56,710 nt of DNA from an uncultured Selenomonas sp. (GCA_963552975.1 CAUVMF010000001.1:1-56710); one strand, 5' to 3'. Positions 29,301 through 38,200 are shown, numbered from the stretch's first letter. Translations and numbers: made by a program. Notes: generated by a model not told the origin, from the letters alone.

Positions 29301-32278
29301 CGGGCAACCGCGTTCTGTTGGACTACAACCGTTTCCAGAACGGCAACGTCGCATACGATAAGACGAGCAACGAGATGGACTGGTTCGCGGGGCGCTCCTA
29401 CGGGGGACACACGACCGATCACAACCTCCTCACGATTGACGCACCACTCAGCCGCAGCATCGAGGCGTACGGGGCAAAGACGATGGGGACATCCGGCGGC
29501 TCCGGTGGTGCGAAGGGCAATACCCTCGAGATCAAATCGACGGGCTCGAATGCCTATCAGGTGACGAAGGGCTTCGGCGGCTACATCGGGCACGCCGCGA
29601 ACGCGGATAAGGTTGAGCACAACATCCTCCGCATGTCGGGCGGCACGGCGGGCACCCTCTACGGCGGCTACTCCGAGGGCACGGGTGAGGTCAGCGGCAA
29701 CAACGTCTACGTCACGGGCGGCAGAGTGTCGGGCAATATCTATGCGGGCTATGCTGCGAGCGCAGGACAGGCGAAGGGCAATACGCTCACGCTTGGCGCG
29801 GACGACGGCAGCTACGGTGCGACCATCGCAGGAAATATCTATGGTGCGAACGATAACGGTGTCGGCACGGGCAACACGCTCGTCGTACAGGCGGGCGGTA
29901 TCTCCGTGCAGCAGGTGAAAAACTTTGACACCTTCAAGTTCGTCCTTCACAACGACATGCTCATCGACCATACCATGCTCAAGATTGAGCAGACGGGCGG
30001 TCTTGGCGGTACGGTTGACATGGCGAATATCACAGAAGATGTCAGCAAATTCCACCTGAACCCGACGTGGACGGGCTCGCATTCCGTAAAGCTCATCGAG
30101 AGCAACGGACAGATGACATTCTCGAACTATGCGAAGAACCAGGATCGTACGTCCAAGTACGCGAATACGAACTATGAAGTCTACCTGCATACGGAGAACG
30201 ATCAGACGCAGGGATCCGACCTCCTGCTGACCTTCAACCGTCTGCGCGACGGCGACCGCAGCTATGACAGCACAAACGCTTCTGCGGCAGACAGCAGGGT
30301 GTTCACGGGCATCTCCGCGATGAATCACGATGTGGAGAACAACAAGCTCCGTATTACGGGCGTACACGCAAGCGGCATTGACAACTACGCCGCAGCAGGT
30401 GTCACCACGGGCACCTCCGGAAGCCTGAAGAACAATATGCTCACGATTGACAGTGCAAATGCACTCAAGATCCGCGATGTCTACGGTGCATACGCAGCGA
30501 ACACGAGCACCTCGAGCAGTTCGGGCGGCAGCGGCTCGGGTGGAAGCAGCGGTTCGGGCAGCAGCGGCGGCTCGAGCGATATGAAGAACAACAGCGTCAC
30601 ACTCCTGCGCGGCGCACTGACCGGCAACATCTACGGAGCCAAGAGTGAGAGCAAGGTAAAGGCGGACGGAAACTGGGTAAAGGTGACGGGCGGCTCCGTG
30701 TCCGGTGCGGTCTATGGCGGCTGGTCGAAGAGTGACGATGCACAGAACAACAGCGTCGACCTCTACTCCGTTCACATCGGCGGTGATGTCGTAGGTGGTC
30801 ACGGCAAGGCCGCAAAGAACAATACCATCACACTGCGCGGCACCGAGGTCGGTGGCATCGTCTACGGCGGTCAGCTCACGAGCGGCGCATCGGCAGCGGT
30901 CAAGGATGGGAACATACTGAACGTCTATGACATGGGGGCAAAGGTCGGGTATTTCGAGGATTTCCAGAACATCAATTTCTACCTCTCCCCGCGTGCTGAC
31001 CTCTCGAAATCCATGCTGACCACGACACAGGCAAAGAACAAGGACATCAGAGGCAGCACGATCACCATGGAGCTCGACGGCGGATACGCGCCGATCGGCA
31101 TGGGCGATGACATCAGCCTCGTCAGACTGCCCGACGCGCAGAACATTGTGACGGCAAACAACCTCTCGAATACGACCTATCAGACGACGAAGGGCGTTAC
31201 CCTCGACTATGAGTACACACTGAATACGCGTGGTACGGCATCGACGGGCACGAAAAACGAGCTCTTTGCACACGTCACGAATATCAAGGTGAAGGACGAG
31301 ACGAAATCCCTCGTCGAGACACAGTCCGCAGCGATTGCCTTCCTCGCAAGCGGTTCCGACCTCCTCACCGATGTCGGCATCCCCGCAGCCGAGGCGGCGG
31401 CGACTCAGATCGCGGACATTGTGGACACTCCGTATGCCGGCAGCGAGAAGAACTCTGCTGCTGCCTCCGCTCCACTCTCCACCCTCGGCAGCTATCAGCT
31501 GTTTGCGGCGCAGAGCTTCGGCAGTATGCGTCTCAAGACGGGCTCCTACGTCGATACGAAGGGCTGGAACCTCAACGTCGGCTATGCACGCCGCAACGAA
31601 CTCCTCGACCGCGCGCTCACCTTCGGACCCTTCATCGAATACGGGCGCGGCTCGTATGACTCCTATCTCGACGACGGCACGCACGGCGATGGGAAGACAA
31701 GCTATCTCGGCATCGGCGTCATGGCGAAGTCGGAGAGCGAGAGTGGCACCTATCTTGAGGGCAGTCTGCGCATTGGTCGTGCAAAGAGCGATTACAGCGG
31801 CATCATCGGCGCGAAGGGCACCGGCTACGATCTGTCGAGCAGCTACTTCGCCGGTCACATTGGGGTCGGACAGAAGCGCGAACTCATCAATGGCAACAAG
31901 ATCGATACCTATGCCAAGTATTTCTACGCGCATCAGGCGGGCGCGAGCGCAACCCTTTCGACCGGCGAGCCGTATGACTTCGGCGCATCCACCTCGAGCC
32001 GTATCCGCTTCGGCACACGCTTTACCATGAAGAACGACATGGACGGCGAATTCTACGCAGGGCTCGCGTGGGAGTACGAGTTCGACGGCAAGGGCACAGC
32101 ATCCTATCAGGGCTATAACCTGCCGAGCACGAGCCTCAAGGGCGGTACGACCATCCTCGAGCTTGGCTATCGCTTTGCCCCCGTGGACAGCACCGTCAGC
32201 TACGGGCTGAACCTCACGGGCTTCAAGGGCAAGCGCAAGGGTATTACGGGCGGCTTCAACATCGCCTGGGCATTCTAA
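26369..32278 (+). CDS. Large autotransporter/adhesin 1 (1969 aa)
   Basis: Signal peptide (...AAYA); Gly/Asn/Thr-rich beta-helix repeats (VYGG...GNTV); C-terminal beta-barrel ending FNIAWAF. Confidence 0.9.
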   Translation: MLKGMKAKRQLAAFVALAVGGAFAGMPAAYAAQSTTVGTNDTRLAPATGTSPSTAYPGINGTALLNGSVTDNTLTVGTAGTTNLPFVRGDVSAGGTATTNTAVTGNTLIINNISLTGNAYGGIGLNIAQTSGAAQTNPNVVKMNGGAVTGAVIGVRSTAGGVTNGGVELAGGTVTAGTNGIAIAGGMGKTSAINNTVTIANGTVAGKVYGGYAENAAGGTTGNRVILGDVNGSATPNLSNASIYGGSNSTGVSGGSLDAIRNNHLIVQTKGITANSAQNFHTYEFHLNTGVAAGNTMLTLTNNNDALGRTVAWGDIKVDATGWSGKTVNARNQNVQNYYGDVGTVTLMADGNTATNRTSNLRFSGYTAPGTTDWSGDYEYRIKLRTQTDTATSTTRNYVDAELHRYQNANHTHTGGLSSGKNTIYGGYSIWENLGGQTGNKKVVQDNTLVLNNATGLVSGYGGYTSTGADAVRNKLTLNSGTIENLFGGVATGTGLVDYNEVTVADGTVTWDIFGGKSDNLTSGNGIAYSGTGAVTNNSVTVNKGTVNRITGGYGTTTVSSNSVAINGGANASRTTVYPVVRGEVKGGAIRGDNSVDRKAEQNTVTITEGDIQAAVYGVFGELFGAGSGSSTKVQTVNDNHVKISGGSTHKVYGAYLTGYGGQTGTGTATNNTVEISGTAKVSETAYGAAADGNASLDKNSVTVKGGSVHDVYGATANGTGAVKGNSVTIEDGRVDDNVVGGENTSTSTKAGSVTGNTVTVKGGEIVGDIYGGVTYAAKSSGGNTVTITGGTLTGGTRPDGTLRGNVYGGYARGTDTSVEQNNVVNLGADDGSYTANLTQATIYGGHSTATGNTLNVKGQNITIKGVHNFTNYNFYLTDKIDKNATMLKVTDHNGFENQYSGTTPVDFANIKISLKNMSSKQIAGQVTLLEGDDDNALKFQNYTPTAAWLISPTHSDYEYALRLVRSDGTEAPTGRTTGNRVLLDYNRFQNGNVAYDKTSNEMDWFAGRSYGGHTTDHNLLTIDAPLSRSIEAYGAKTMGTSGGSGGAKGNTLEIKSTGSNAYQVTKGFGGYIGHAANADKVEHNILRMSGGTAGTLYGGYSEGTGEVSGNNVYVTGGRVSGNIYAGYAASAGQAKGNTLTLGADDGSYGATIAGNIYGANDNGVGTGNTLVVQAGGISVQQVKNFDTFKFVLHNDMLIDHTMLKIEQTGGLGGTVDMANITEDVSKFHLNPTWTGSHSVKLIESNGQMTFSNYAKNQDRTSKYANTNYEVYLHTENDQTQGSDLLLTFNRLRDGDRSYDSTNASAADSRVFTGISAMNHDVENNKLRITGVHASGIDNYAAAGVTTGTSGSLKNNMLTIDSANALKIRDVYGAYAANTSTSSSSGGSGSGGSSGSGSSGGSSDMKNNSVTLLRGALTGNIYGAKSESKVKADGNWVKVTGGSVSGAVYGGWSKSDDAQNNSVDLYSVHIGGDVVGGHGKAAKNNTITLRGTEVGGIVYGGQLTSGASAAVKDGNILNVYDMGAKVGYFEDFQNINFYLSPRADLSKSMLTTTQAKNKDIRGSTITMELDGGYAPIGMGDDISLVRLPDAQNIVTANNLSNTTYQTTKGVTLDYEYTLNTRGTASTGTKNELFAHVTNIKVKDETKSLVETQSAAIAFLASGSDLLTDVGIPAAEAAATQIADIVDTPYAGSEKNSAAASAPLSTLGSYQLFAAQSFGSMRLKTGSYVDTKGWNLNVGYARRNELLDRALTFGPFIEYGRGSYDSYLDDGTHGDGKTSYLGIGVMAKSESESGTYLEGSLRIGRAKSDYSGIIGAKGTGYDLSSSYFAGHIGVGQKRELINGNKIDTYAKYFYAHQAGASATLSTGEPYDFGASTSSRIRFGTRFTMKNDMDGEFYAGLAWEYEFDGKGTASYQGYNLPSTSLKGGTTILELGYRFAPVDSTVSYGLNLTGFKGKRKGITGGFNIAWAF

Positions 32279-32307
32279 TCACAGATTTGAAAATAGCTGA
32301 AACAAAG

Positions 32308-32340
32308 GAGAGCGGCATATCGCGTGCCGCTCTCTTATTT
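32308..32340 (+). terminator. Terminator after autotransporter 1
   Basis: GAGAGCGGCA-loop-TGCCGCTCTC followed by TTATTT. Confidence 0.8.
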
Positions 32341-32347
32341 ATGTTAA

Positions 32348-32485
32348 GCACCGCCACCTTAGCGCATCTTTTTTGCCCGTACTTCGCCCTCGATCCTCCA
32401 CAGAGCACCACTCTGCGTCCGGTTTGCCTCCTCGTTCGGACGAAAAATCTACGCCAATCTGCAGGTCTGTTTTATCAGCGATTCC
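32348..32485 (-). mobile_element. MITE-like repeat, copy 3 (inverted, one terminal repeat missing)
   Basis: Reverse complement starts GGAATCGCTGATAAA at 32485; about 19 nt of the other end are absent; TTAA at 32344-32347 and 32486-32489. Confidence 0.85.
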
Positions 32486-32500
32486 TTAAGGAAGGATGCC

Positions 32501-32530
32501 TTGTCTTTATGGCTTTATGAATGATATAAT
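32501..32530 (+). promoter_or_regulatory. Putative promoter for the HipA-like kinase operon
   Basis: TTGTCT-18 nt-TATAAT with an extended -10 TG. Confidence 0.5.
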
Positions 32531-32554
32531 AAGCAGAGAATGGAGGTGTGACAT

Positions 32555-33487
32555 ATGGATTTGATTGATTTTGACGGATATGCACAGAACAATCGGATGT
32601 ATGGAGGGCTGTCCGGTGCGAAAATCGGAATTTCCTATGAGGGCACCCATTACATCCTGAAATACCCGCAGAATCTCAAGGAGAAGCACCTGAGCAACGT
32701 GCGCATGAGCTACTCCACCGCACCGGTATCCGAGTATCTTGGTTCACATATCTATGAATTGCTCGGCATCCCCGTCCATCACACACTCCTCGGCAGACGC
32801 AAGGGGAAGATTGTCGCCGCTTGTCGGGACTTCCTCGAAAATGGAGACCGCCTCTTTGAGTTTCGTCAGATCAAGACCACATTTGAGCCGGAGGGGGAGG
32901 ATTTTGACAGCGGCAGCGAGACAAGCGGCAATGGTGTCGAACTGAACGACATTCTAAAGATCATTGACGAACATCCCTTGTTTCACCAAATCGAGGGGGT
33001 CAAGGAGCGATTTTGGCAGATGTTCGTCGTGGATGCCTACATCGGCAACATGGATCGCAACAACGGCAACTGGGGCGTGATCCTGCGCTACGATGGACGC
33101 GTCGAGCTCGCGCCGGTCTACGACAACGGCGGCGGACTCAACAACAAATGGGATGACGAACGCATTCGGCCTCTGTTGGATGACCTGCCGAAAATGCAGA
33201 CGCAGGCATATCGCGGTATCGTCAGCATATTCGAGCAGGATGGCAGACGCATCAATCCCTTTCAGTATATCGGAGCGCTGCGGAATGCGGACTGCATGCA
33301 TGCGGTTGCCCTCATCGTGCCGCGCATTCGGGCGAGGGAGCAGGAAATCCGCGCGATGATCGAGGGCATCCCCGTGCTCTCACAGCTCCAAAAACAATTT
33401 CTGTGCCGCATACTCACGCTAAGACTCGAGGAGGCGCTTCTTCCCTGCTATGAGGAGATCATAAGCTGGCAAGGGGAGGGGGTGTGA
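32555..33487 (+). CDS. HipA/CtkA-like Ser/Thr kinase (HipA_C domain)
   Basis: Gly-rich loop YGGLSGAK, ILKYP, SEYLGSHIY, catalytic IGNMDRNNGNWG, metal-binding LAPVYDNG. Confidence 0.85.
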   Translation: MDLIDFDGYAQNNRMYGGLSGAKIGISYEGTHYILKYPQNLKEKHLSNVRMSYSTAPVSEYLGSHIYELLGIPVHHTLLGRRKGKIVAACRDFLENGDRLFEFRQIKTTFEPEGEDFDSGSETSGNGVELNDILKIIDEHPLFHQIEGVKERFWQMFVVDAYIGNMDRNNGNWGVILRYDGRVELAPVYDNGGGLNNKWDDERIRPLLDDLPKMQTQAYRGIVSIFEQDGRRINPFQYIGALRNADCMHAVALIVPRIRAREQEIRAMIEGIPVLSQLQKQFLCRILTLRLEEALLPCYEEIISWQGEGV

Positions 33488-33705
33488 CGATGTATATCAA
33501 TGAGGACATCCCCCTGCCGAAACATCTTCCCCGCCCCTTGCAGCGCGATATTGAGATTTTGCAGGACTACTACGACACCGGCAATGATGCCTATTACTAC
33601 CCCTATTTGGAGGCTTTCGAGGCGGGAATACACCAATGCTATATCGACCAACAGATCACAAAGGAAGAGGCATATCGCCTCATGCAGCGTTACGGAATCG
33701 GATGA
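33484..33705 (+). CDS. Small acidic, Tyr-rich hypothetical protein coupled to the kinase (possible antitoxin)
   Basis: GTGA start/stop overlap with the kinase, or ATG 33490 with RBS GGAGG; 73 aa; followed by a terminator. Confidence 0.7.
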   Translation: MTMYINEDIPLPKHLPRPLQRDIEILQDYYDTGNDAYYYPYLEAFEAGIHQCYIDQQITKEEAYRLMQRYGIG

Positions 33706-33722
33706 TTGATATGAAACAACTG

Positions 33723-33773
33723 AAAAAAGGATACCGGACAAAGACGAATGAGCTTTGTCCGGTATCTTTTTTT
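33723..33773. terminator. Bidirectional terminator
   Basis: AAAAAAGGATACCGGACAAAG ... CTTTGTCCGGTATCTTTTTTT. Confidence 0.85.
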
Positions 33774-33788
33774 ATGGGGGTTGTCAGG

Positions 33789-34187
33789 TTAGCGTTTCCC
33801 CTCCGCCTTTGCCATGAATTTATCTATGGCGACAGCAAAGCGCGCGTGTGTACCCGAGCCGATCTGCTCGCGCTCGTCGTATGCCGTGACATTGAGCATG
33901 ACTGCGCGTCCATCGACCGCCGTCACCTCGGCAACGGCGCGCACAGCGAGACCAACGGGCGTTGCCGCACGATGCTGAATGTGCAGCTCCGTGCCGACCG
34001 TCGTCCAGCCCTCGGGACACTCCCTCTGACACAGCTCTGCCGCCGCGCGCTCCATCAGTGCCGCCATCGCGGGCGTCGCATACACGGCGAGCGAGCCGCT
34101 GCCGACCGTCACCGCCGTATTCTCCTCCGTCACCTTGCCTGTGACCTCATGGGTCATGCCGACTGTGATATTGCTCTTGAAATCCAT
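33789..34187 (-). CDS. Hot-dog fold thioesterase (FlK-like)
   Basis: GSGSLAVYATPAMAALME, TVGTE, HRAATPVG, GTHARF. Confidence 0.9.
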   Translation of the reverse strand: MDFKSNITVGMTHEVTGKVTEENTAVTVGSGSLAVYATPAMAALMERAAAELCQRECPEGWTTVGTELHIQHRAATPVGLAVRAVAEVTAVDGRAVMLNVTAYDEREQIGSGTHARFAVAIDKFMAKAEGKR

Positions 34188-34222
34188 ATGATTGCTCCTT
34201 TATATGTGTTTGATACGAAGCA

Positions 34223-34633
34223 CTATACTGCGGCTTCTTTTTCGTAAAGCTCCGTCAGAGCGTCCTGAAGCACCTTGGAGACGTTCAGACGTTTTTTCTC
34301 GGCAAAGGTATTCAGCCATGCGGGGATGGTGAGATTCTTGCGGATGGATTTGCTGCCGTATTTCGCGGCGTATGCATCCATATCGAGGGAGAGCAGGCTG
34401 ACGAAACCATCGCCCATCTCGGGATCGGGGTGAATGTCCTCCATGCGGCTCGCGGGCGGTGCAGTCCGCCCGTCCTCGAGTTCTCCGAGCACCCAGCCGG
34501 ATGCAGCGTCCTCGCCCATTGCAATCGCCTCGGGGAGGGAAGCACCGCCCGAAACACAGCCGGGCAGATCGGGGACAACGACAGCATATGCTTCTTCATC
34601 TGCATAAAAAATTGCGGGGTATACAAGTTTCAT
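34223..34633 (-). CDS. hicB: HicB family antitoxin
   Basis: MKLVYPAIF...VPDLPGCVS.G.SL.EA RNase H-like domain plus C-terminal RHH segment SIRKNLTIPAWLN. Confidence 0.92.
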   Translation of the reverse strand: MKLVYPAIFYADEEAYAVVVPDLPGCVSGGASLPEAIAMGEDAASGWVLGELEDGRTAPPASRMEDIHPDPEMGDGFVSLLSLDMDAYAAKYGSKSIRKNLTIPAWLNTFAEKKRLNVSKVLQDALTELYEKEAAV

Positions 34634-34659
34634 GTGATAGTCTCTCCTTTACTCCAATA

Positions 34660-35010
34660 TTAGGGTCTAATACCTGCACCTTTCAAGATGTTCTTCACGA
34701 TGATAGCTGCTATATCACCGGGATGATTTGGAACGGTGAGCGTTTTACTGACACCATCTCTTTGATATTGGTAGTGAGATCCCTTCGTTCGTACCACATA
34801 CCAACCATTCTTTCTTAAGGAATCGCTGATAAAATGAAGTCCGTCAGATTGGTGCAGATTTTCTGTCCTGTCGAGGAGACAAACCGGACGCATAGCAAAA
34901 GCTATGTGGAGGATTTGTCGACAATGACAGGGCGAAAAAGATGCGCCAAGGTGACGTGGCTGAATTTATCAGTGCTTCCTTAAAAGGCGATCCAACTCAA
35001 TAAATCTCAT
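34660..35010 (-). pseudogene. hicA: HicA toxin gene interrupted by MITE copy 4
   Basis: ATG at 35010 (RBS GGAGGTG) gives MRFIELDRLL; deleting 34819-34983 rejoins it in frame to RKNGWYVVRTKGSHYQY...ILKGAGIRP*, a 61-aa HicA with the GSH motif. Confidence 0.93.
34819..34979 (+). mobile_element. MITE-like repeat, copy 4 (161 bp, TSD TTAA) inside hicA
   Basis: Both terminal inverted repeats intact; TTAA at 34815-34818 and 34980-34983. Confidence 0.93.
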
Positions 35011-35028
35011 CTCACCACCTCCATCTAT

Positions 35029-35057
35029 ATTATAAGCACAATGCGCATGGCTGTCCA
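35029..35057 (-). promoter_or_regulatory. hicAB promoter with a palindrome (candidate HicB operator)
   Basis: Minus strand TGGACA-17 nt-TATAAT; spacer contains ATGCGCAT. Confidence 0.6.
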
Positions 35058-35177
35058 GAGGCATGGGGCTTTGTGGAGGGGAATAGAGGGGGATATTTTT
35101 ACATGAAAGAATTTGATGTTTATCGGATTCATGTTTTGATAAAATTTTCAAAAAAACGGAGATAATTAGAAAAAACG

Positions 35178-35207
35178 TTGACAATGATAAACGTCCTCAT
35201 GTATTAT
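35178..35207 (+). promoter_or_regulatory. Putative promoter for autotransporter 2
   Basis: TTGACA-18 nt-TATTAT preceded by an AT-rich UP-like region. Confidence 0.55.
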
Positions 35208-35299
35208 ACCTAGAATAGAATGAGTCTCAGTCTGTAGATGAGACCTGCGGCGGAAATTCTGTGATAGGATTGTTCACGCGAGCATTAGAGGAGGAGCAA

Positions 35300-38200
35300 A
35301 TGTTCAACGGGTTGAAGGAAAAGCGGCAGTTGGCGTTGTATGTGGCATTGGGACTGTCCACTGGGGGGGGACTGCTGTTTCATGCGCCGGCGGCGTATGC
35401 AGCGGATGTGACGATTCCGTCGAGTGATACGTCGCATCGTACGGGTGTCAATGGAACGACGGAGACAGGAAACGCGGACGGCAACAATGTCACAATCGGT
35501 GAGAGCGGTGCTGCAGGACCTGACATCAACGGGGATGTTGTTGGCGGTTCTGCAACTGCGGGGAATGTGGCAAATAATAAAGTCACCATCAACAGTATCA
35601 GTCTTGGCTCCGGAAAAGTCATATATGGAGGAAAAAGCTCTGCAGGGGCAGCGACAGGAAATACTGTCACGATTGCAGGCGGTACGCTAAATAGCAATAA
35701 TAAAATTATTGGCGGTGAGGGTACTGCGAGCAGCACGTCGAACGGCAATATTGTCAACCTGAACGGCGGTACGCTGGATGGTGCAGAGATCTGGGGCAGC
35801 TACTACGGAAGCAACAACACGCTGTATCAGAGCACGAGCGATAAGATCAAGGGCAATACGCTGAATGTCGGTGCATCAGGGCTCGCGGTCGAGCGTCTGC
35901 GTAATTTTGAAAATTATAACTTCAACCTGACGGAAAAGGTTACAGCGGGTTCCGTCATGTTGGACATCGGGGATTATAGAGCCTTTGGCTCCCAAACGCC
36001 TGCTGAGTGGTCGAAGATCACGCTGACGGGCAAGGAAAACGATACGGACAAGACGAAATACGGTCGTGTTGGCACGATTACCCTGATGTCCTCACACAGT
36101 GGCGGCGGACTCTCCATCAATGGCTATGCTGTGGGCGGCAGAACGGGGACAACGGGCGACTATGAGTATAAGCTCTATACCGATATCAACTTCATCTTTT
36201 CACAGCCCGTCGGGGCTACCTACGTCCGCGCTGACATCAATCGTTTCCAGAACGCCGATGCGACGGCGAACAACGTCACAGGCACAGCTGTCTATGGCGG
36301 CTATTCGAGTCTCGGCAATACGACGACGGAAAACAAGATCAAGATCACGAATACGAACAATACGAATCTGAATGTCTACGGCGGCTATACAGCGGGCGCG
36401 GGTGATTCGACGAAGAATACGGTCACGATAGCGGGCACGAGCAAGGTCAAAAACGTCTATGGCGGCTATGTGACGGCGGCGAACGCCAAGGCGGATGGCA
36501 ATACCGTCAATATTGAGTCGGGCGGCACGGTCAGCGGGCATATTTATGGTGGATATGCCAATGGCAACGGTACGACGACGAACAATACGGTCAATCTCGG
36601 CGATGCCGACCATACGGATCTCGCGGGCACGACGCTCACGAACAGCGAAATCCACGGTGGGAATAAGGCGGCGACGGGCAATACCCTCAACGTCAACGCG
36701 AAAAACATCACGGTGAAGTCCGTCAACCACTTTGAAAACTACAAGTTCAAGCTAAGCAGCGCGACCACGTTCGGCGATACGATGCTGACCGTGACGGATG
36801 CGGGCGACTTCAGCGGGACGGGGGTTGACTTTGACAAGATCACCGTTGATCGGGCGGGGCTTTCGGATCTCGCGCAAACGCACGGCATCCAGAGGCTGAC
36901 GCTGCTCAAACGAAATGGGATGCTGAAGTTCAACAACTATGCGGCGCGCGAGCTTGGCAGTGCAACCGATACGCATGAATTCGGTCTTGTGACCGATACG
37001 GGCACAAAAACGGCGCATGCCCTCATGCTGGAGGCGAGCCGATTCAAGGGCAGCAATGTCACCTATGACGGCACAACACCGACGTTCGGCGGTGAGGTCT
37101 ATGGCGGATTCTCCCGCTTTGGTCATACGACGACGGGTAATACGCTGACAGTGACGGGGAAGCCCACATCGGGAACGCCGCTCTCATATGCCTACGGCGG
37201 CAAGAACGAGGGCGCAGCAGGCGCGGTCACGGGCAATACGGCGACGCTCATTCTCCCGAACAACAATACCGCGATCAAGGATGTCTACGGCGGTAAAATC
37301 ACGAACGCAGCCAATGCGGGCGAGGTCTCGGGCAATATCGTCAACATGAAAAAGGGCACGGTGGAGTACGCGGTCGGCGGACAGACCGACGGTACAGGTG
37401 CGGCGAAGAACAATACGGTCAACCTCACGGGCGGCACGGTGACGAAGGAGATCTATGGCGGTCTCAGCGACAAGGGGGCGGCGACGGGCAACACAGTCAC
37501 GATCTCGGGCGGCACGGTCGGCAGCTATACACCTGCCGATGTCTACGGCGGCAAAAAGACGGCGAATGTCGGCAGCAGCACATCGAACAATACAGTGAAC
37601 CTCGGGGCGGAGGACGGCAGCTATAATGCAGACCTCACCAAGGCAAATATTCACGGCGACAACTCCACAGATGGTGCGGTGAACAACAATACGCTGAACG
37701 TCCGCGGCAAGAATATCACGGTCAACAGCGTGGATAATTTTGACAAGTATAAGTTCACACTGAACAACAACATCAAAGATGGCGACACGATGCTGACGCT
37801 CGCAAACGGCGGCTTTGGCAGGGAGATCGACTTCGCGAACAATTTCGGTCTGGATACGTCGAAGCTGACGGGCAAACCAACCGGCCTTATTACTCTTGTC
37901 AAGAGTGCGACGGGGACGCTGAAGTTCAAGTCAGGCTACGTGCCGCGTGATCTCGGCAGCACGGACAATGTCGAGTACTTCGTCGGCACCGACACAGGGG
38001 AACGTGAAGGCTCCTCCGTCATCATGGGGTACAATATCTTCAAGGGAAATACGTGGACGTATAACGGTACGAATCCGCCGAATGCGAAGGAACTGTTCGG
38101 TGGTGTCTCCTACAACAACCACACGACGGAGAGCAATACGCTCACGATCACGAACACCTCCACGACGGAGTGGGTGGGCAATACCTACGGCGGCAAGACG

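Noticed and set aside
26243..31933. Long minus-strand ORFs (751 aa, 1109 aa) and similar antisense ORFs over scpC, the mutase, mmdA, ilvC and autotransporter 2
   Set aside because: Shadow frames caused by the GC-rich codon bias of the real genes; no motifs or RBS.
34660..34893. 77-aa ORF as a native gene
   Set aside because: It is a chimera of element sequence and the hicA 3' part with no RBS; the true start is at 35010.
32344..34983. Composite transposon formed by MITE copies 3 and 4 carrying the kinase, thioesterase and hicB
   Set aside because: Copy 4 has its own TTAA duplication and both halves of hicA flank it, so it inserted independently. Copy 3 belongs to the other subfamily and lacks its outer end.
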